Position numbers and translations under genes: made by a program. From Fimbriosthenelais zetlandica (taxonomy: Eukaryota), in assembly GCA_977030845.1 (NCBI GenBank), contig OZ365118.1, positions 21,700,001 through 21,764,000 on the forward strand: a DNA stretch of 64,000 nt. The letters are read 5' to 3'. Of the stretch, positions 62,206 to 64,000 are shown in pieces. The notes beneath the pieces are model-generated. The model saw only the letters and a program-made list of their open reading frames with translations. It was not told the DNA's origin and ran no database searches. Every line of letters begins with the position of its first letter. Position 1 is the first letter of the stretch.

Positions 62206-64000
62206 TCTGTATTTTGAGGGCGAGCTTGGTAAGGCTCTGTCCTCTTCCTTCATTATGTAGTAGTGATATCTTGAAATGTAATTTGTCAAGGCTATGGCAG
62301 CTTAACGCCTGATATTGAAAAATTAAATATATTTGTTGTATTGAGAATTGTTAAGCTGAAAGGGTCTGAGCACCCCTTGCCTCCAGAGCTCATTTTAGGA
62401 TCAAAATTAACAGCAACATTGACACTATCAAAATTAACATCAAAATTATTAAAGACATACCTGGAATTTTAGTGGAAATAAAAACCAGGAATTCTTTCGG
62501 CATAAATAAACTGGAACCCAGGTCACCCTAACCAAGTACAGATGGCCATGGAGGACTTTCAAGGTAAGTGCTTTCCTTTGTTAAAAATGTAGTTACTTTG
62601 TATCTAGATTAGTATTTAGACATCTACTTTTTGTGAACGTTTTGTTGATTTAAACAATATTGCTGACCAGTTTTTGCCCATCTTTTTCCAGCCTCCTCCT
62701 CTGCTTCTCCTGCTTCAAACTGAGAACATCCTCTGCTGGTTTTAGCTCACACACTATCCACACTCGGTAAGACTACTTGCCTCTCTCTAGCCTCCTCTTC
62801 TTCCTGATCATTCTATGCTAAACTTTACAATACATCAACATACATAAAGTAATATCCTCGACCATCTTTTCAGCTGCTATTTCCCTAATTGACAACAATC
62901 TGTTGAAGTTCTTCTATTACTGGCTGACATGCAGAAAACCAAAAAATGGCTAAGTATAAGTTTTACTATTAATGTTTATTATGACATTACCAACTAAATT
63001 GATACTGAATCACTTGAACAGTTTTATATATAGTGTAAAATCGATTTGACCTGATATTTGAAGCAGAAGTGATATTTTGAAATGCAATTTTTGAAGGCTA
63101 TGGCAGCTTAACGCCTGATATTGAAAAATTAAAAAGATATTTTCGTATTGAAAATTATTTAGAAAACTGTTGATAATTTTCTTAAGCTGAAAGGGTCTGA
63201 GCACCCCTTGCCTCCAGAGCTCATCTTAAGATCAAAATTAACAGCAACATTGACATGATCAAAATTAACATCAAAATTAATATCAAAATTATTAAATACA
63301 TACCTGGAATTTTACTGCAAATAAGAACCAGGAATTCTTTCGGCACAAATAAACTGGAACCAAGATTACCCTAACCAAGTACAGATGGCCATGGAGGACT
63401 TTCAAGGTAAGTGATTTCCATTGTTAAAAATGTATTTATTTTCGTATCTAGATTTGTATTTAGAGATCTACTTTTGGTGAAAGTTTTGTTGATTTAAACA
63501 ATATTGCTGACCATTTTTTGCCATCTTTTTTCCAGCTTCCCCATCTACTTCTCCTGCTTCCATCTGAAAACATCCTCTGCTGGTTTCAGCTCATACACTA
63601 TCCACACTCGGTAAGACTCCTTGTCTCTCTCTAGCCTCCTCTTCTTTCTGATCATTTTATGCTAAACTTTACAATATATTAACATATATAAAGTAATATC
63701 CTTGACCATCTTTTCAGCTGCCATTTCCCTAATTGACAACAATCTGTTGAAGTTCTTCTATTACTGACTGAGATGCAGCAAACCAAAAAATGGCTGAGTA
63801 TAAGTTTTACTATTAATGTTTATTATGACAATACCAACTAAATTAATACTAAATCACTTGAACAGTTTTATATATAGTGTAAAATCGATTTGACCTGATA
63901 TTTGAAGCAGAAGTGATATTTTGAAATGCAATTTGTGAAGGCTATGGCAGCTTAACGCCTGATATTGAAAAATTAAAAAGATATTTTCGTAATTTTCTTG
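61150..64000. repeat. Tandem duplication of a 0.8-1.05-kb unit, running off the window end
   Basis: gcttaacgcctgatattgaaaaatt recurs at about 61251, 62299, 63107 and 63950; intervening sequence is colinear. Confidence 0.92.

Larger units (their letters stand above)
57780..63610 (+). ncRNA. Candidate spliced lncRNA or micropeptide transcript divergent from PP2C
   Basis: Exon-like blocks with splice signals: about 57780-57853 (AAG|gtgggt), 58427-58503, from 58660, 61390-61464, 62542-62563, 62692-62766, 63385-63406, 63536-63610. No long ORF. Confidence 0.4.

Overview
AT-rich animal (probably marine invertebrate) genomic DNA with GT-AG introns; no prokaryotic features. I reconstructed three complete protein-coding genes by hand: a divergent 32-exon ABCC4/MRP4-like transporter (minus, 1289-13587, 1516 aa), fucose-1-phosphate guanylyltransferase FPGT (plus, 46432-49110, 594 aa) and a Ptc2/3-type PP2C phosphatase (minus, 53767-56001, 319 aa). 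The window also starts with the last exon of an unidentified plus-strand gene. About 14-44 kb and 58-64 kb have no credible long ORF and consist of nested repeats. The strongest unexplained signal is a 12.6-kb degenerate macro-tandem array (27.2-39.8 kb). Each 1.3-2.4 kb unit carries one conserved ~50-nt hairpin (~72 nt with its basal stem) whose substitutions mostly preserve plus-strand pairing, with pri-miRNA-like geometry. The array is also filled with NNGC-N6-GCNN mini stem-loops with compensatory arms. Other leads: a substituted ABC signature (LSRGQ) in the transporter, a TATA/NF-kB promoter whose first exon is frame-compatible with ABCC exon 2 some 32 kb away, and a tandem array of foldback hairpins at 59.5-62.2 kb. 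All folding and alignments were done by eye and no database was searched.
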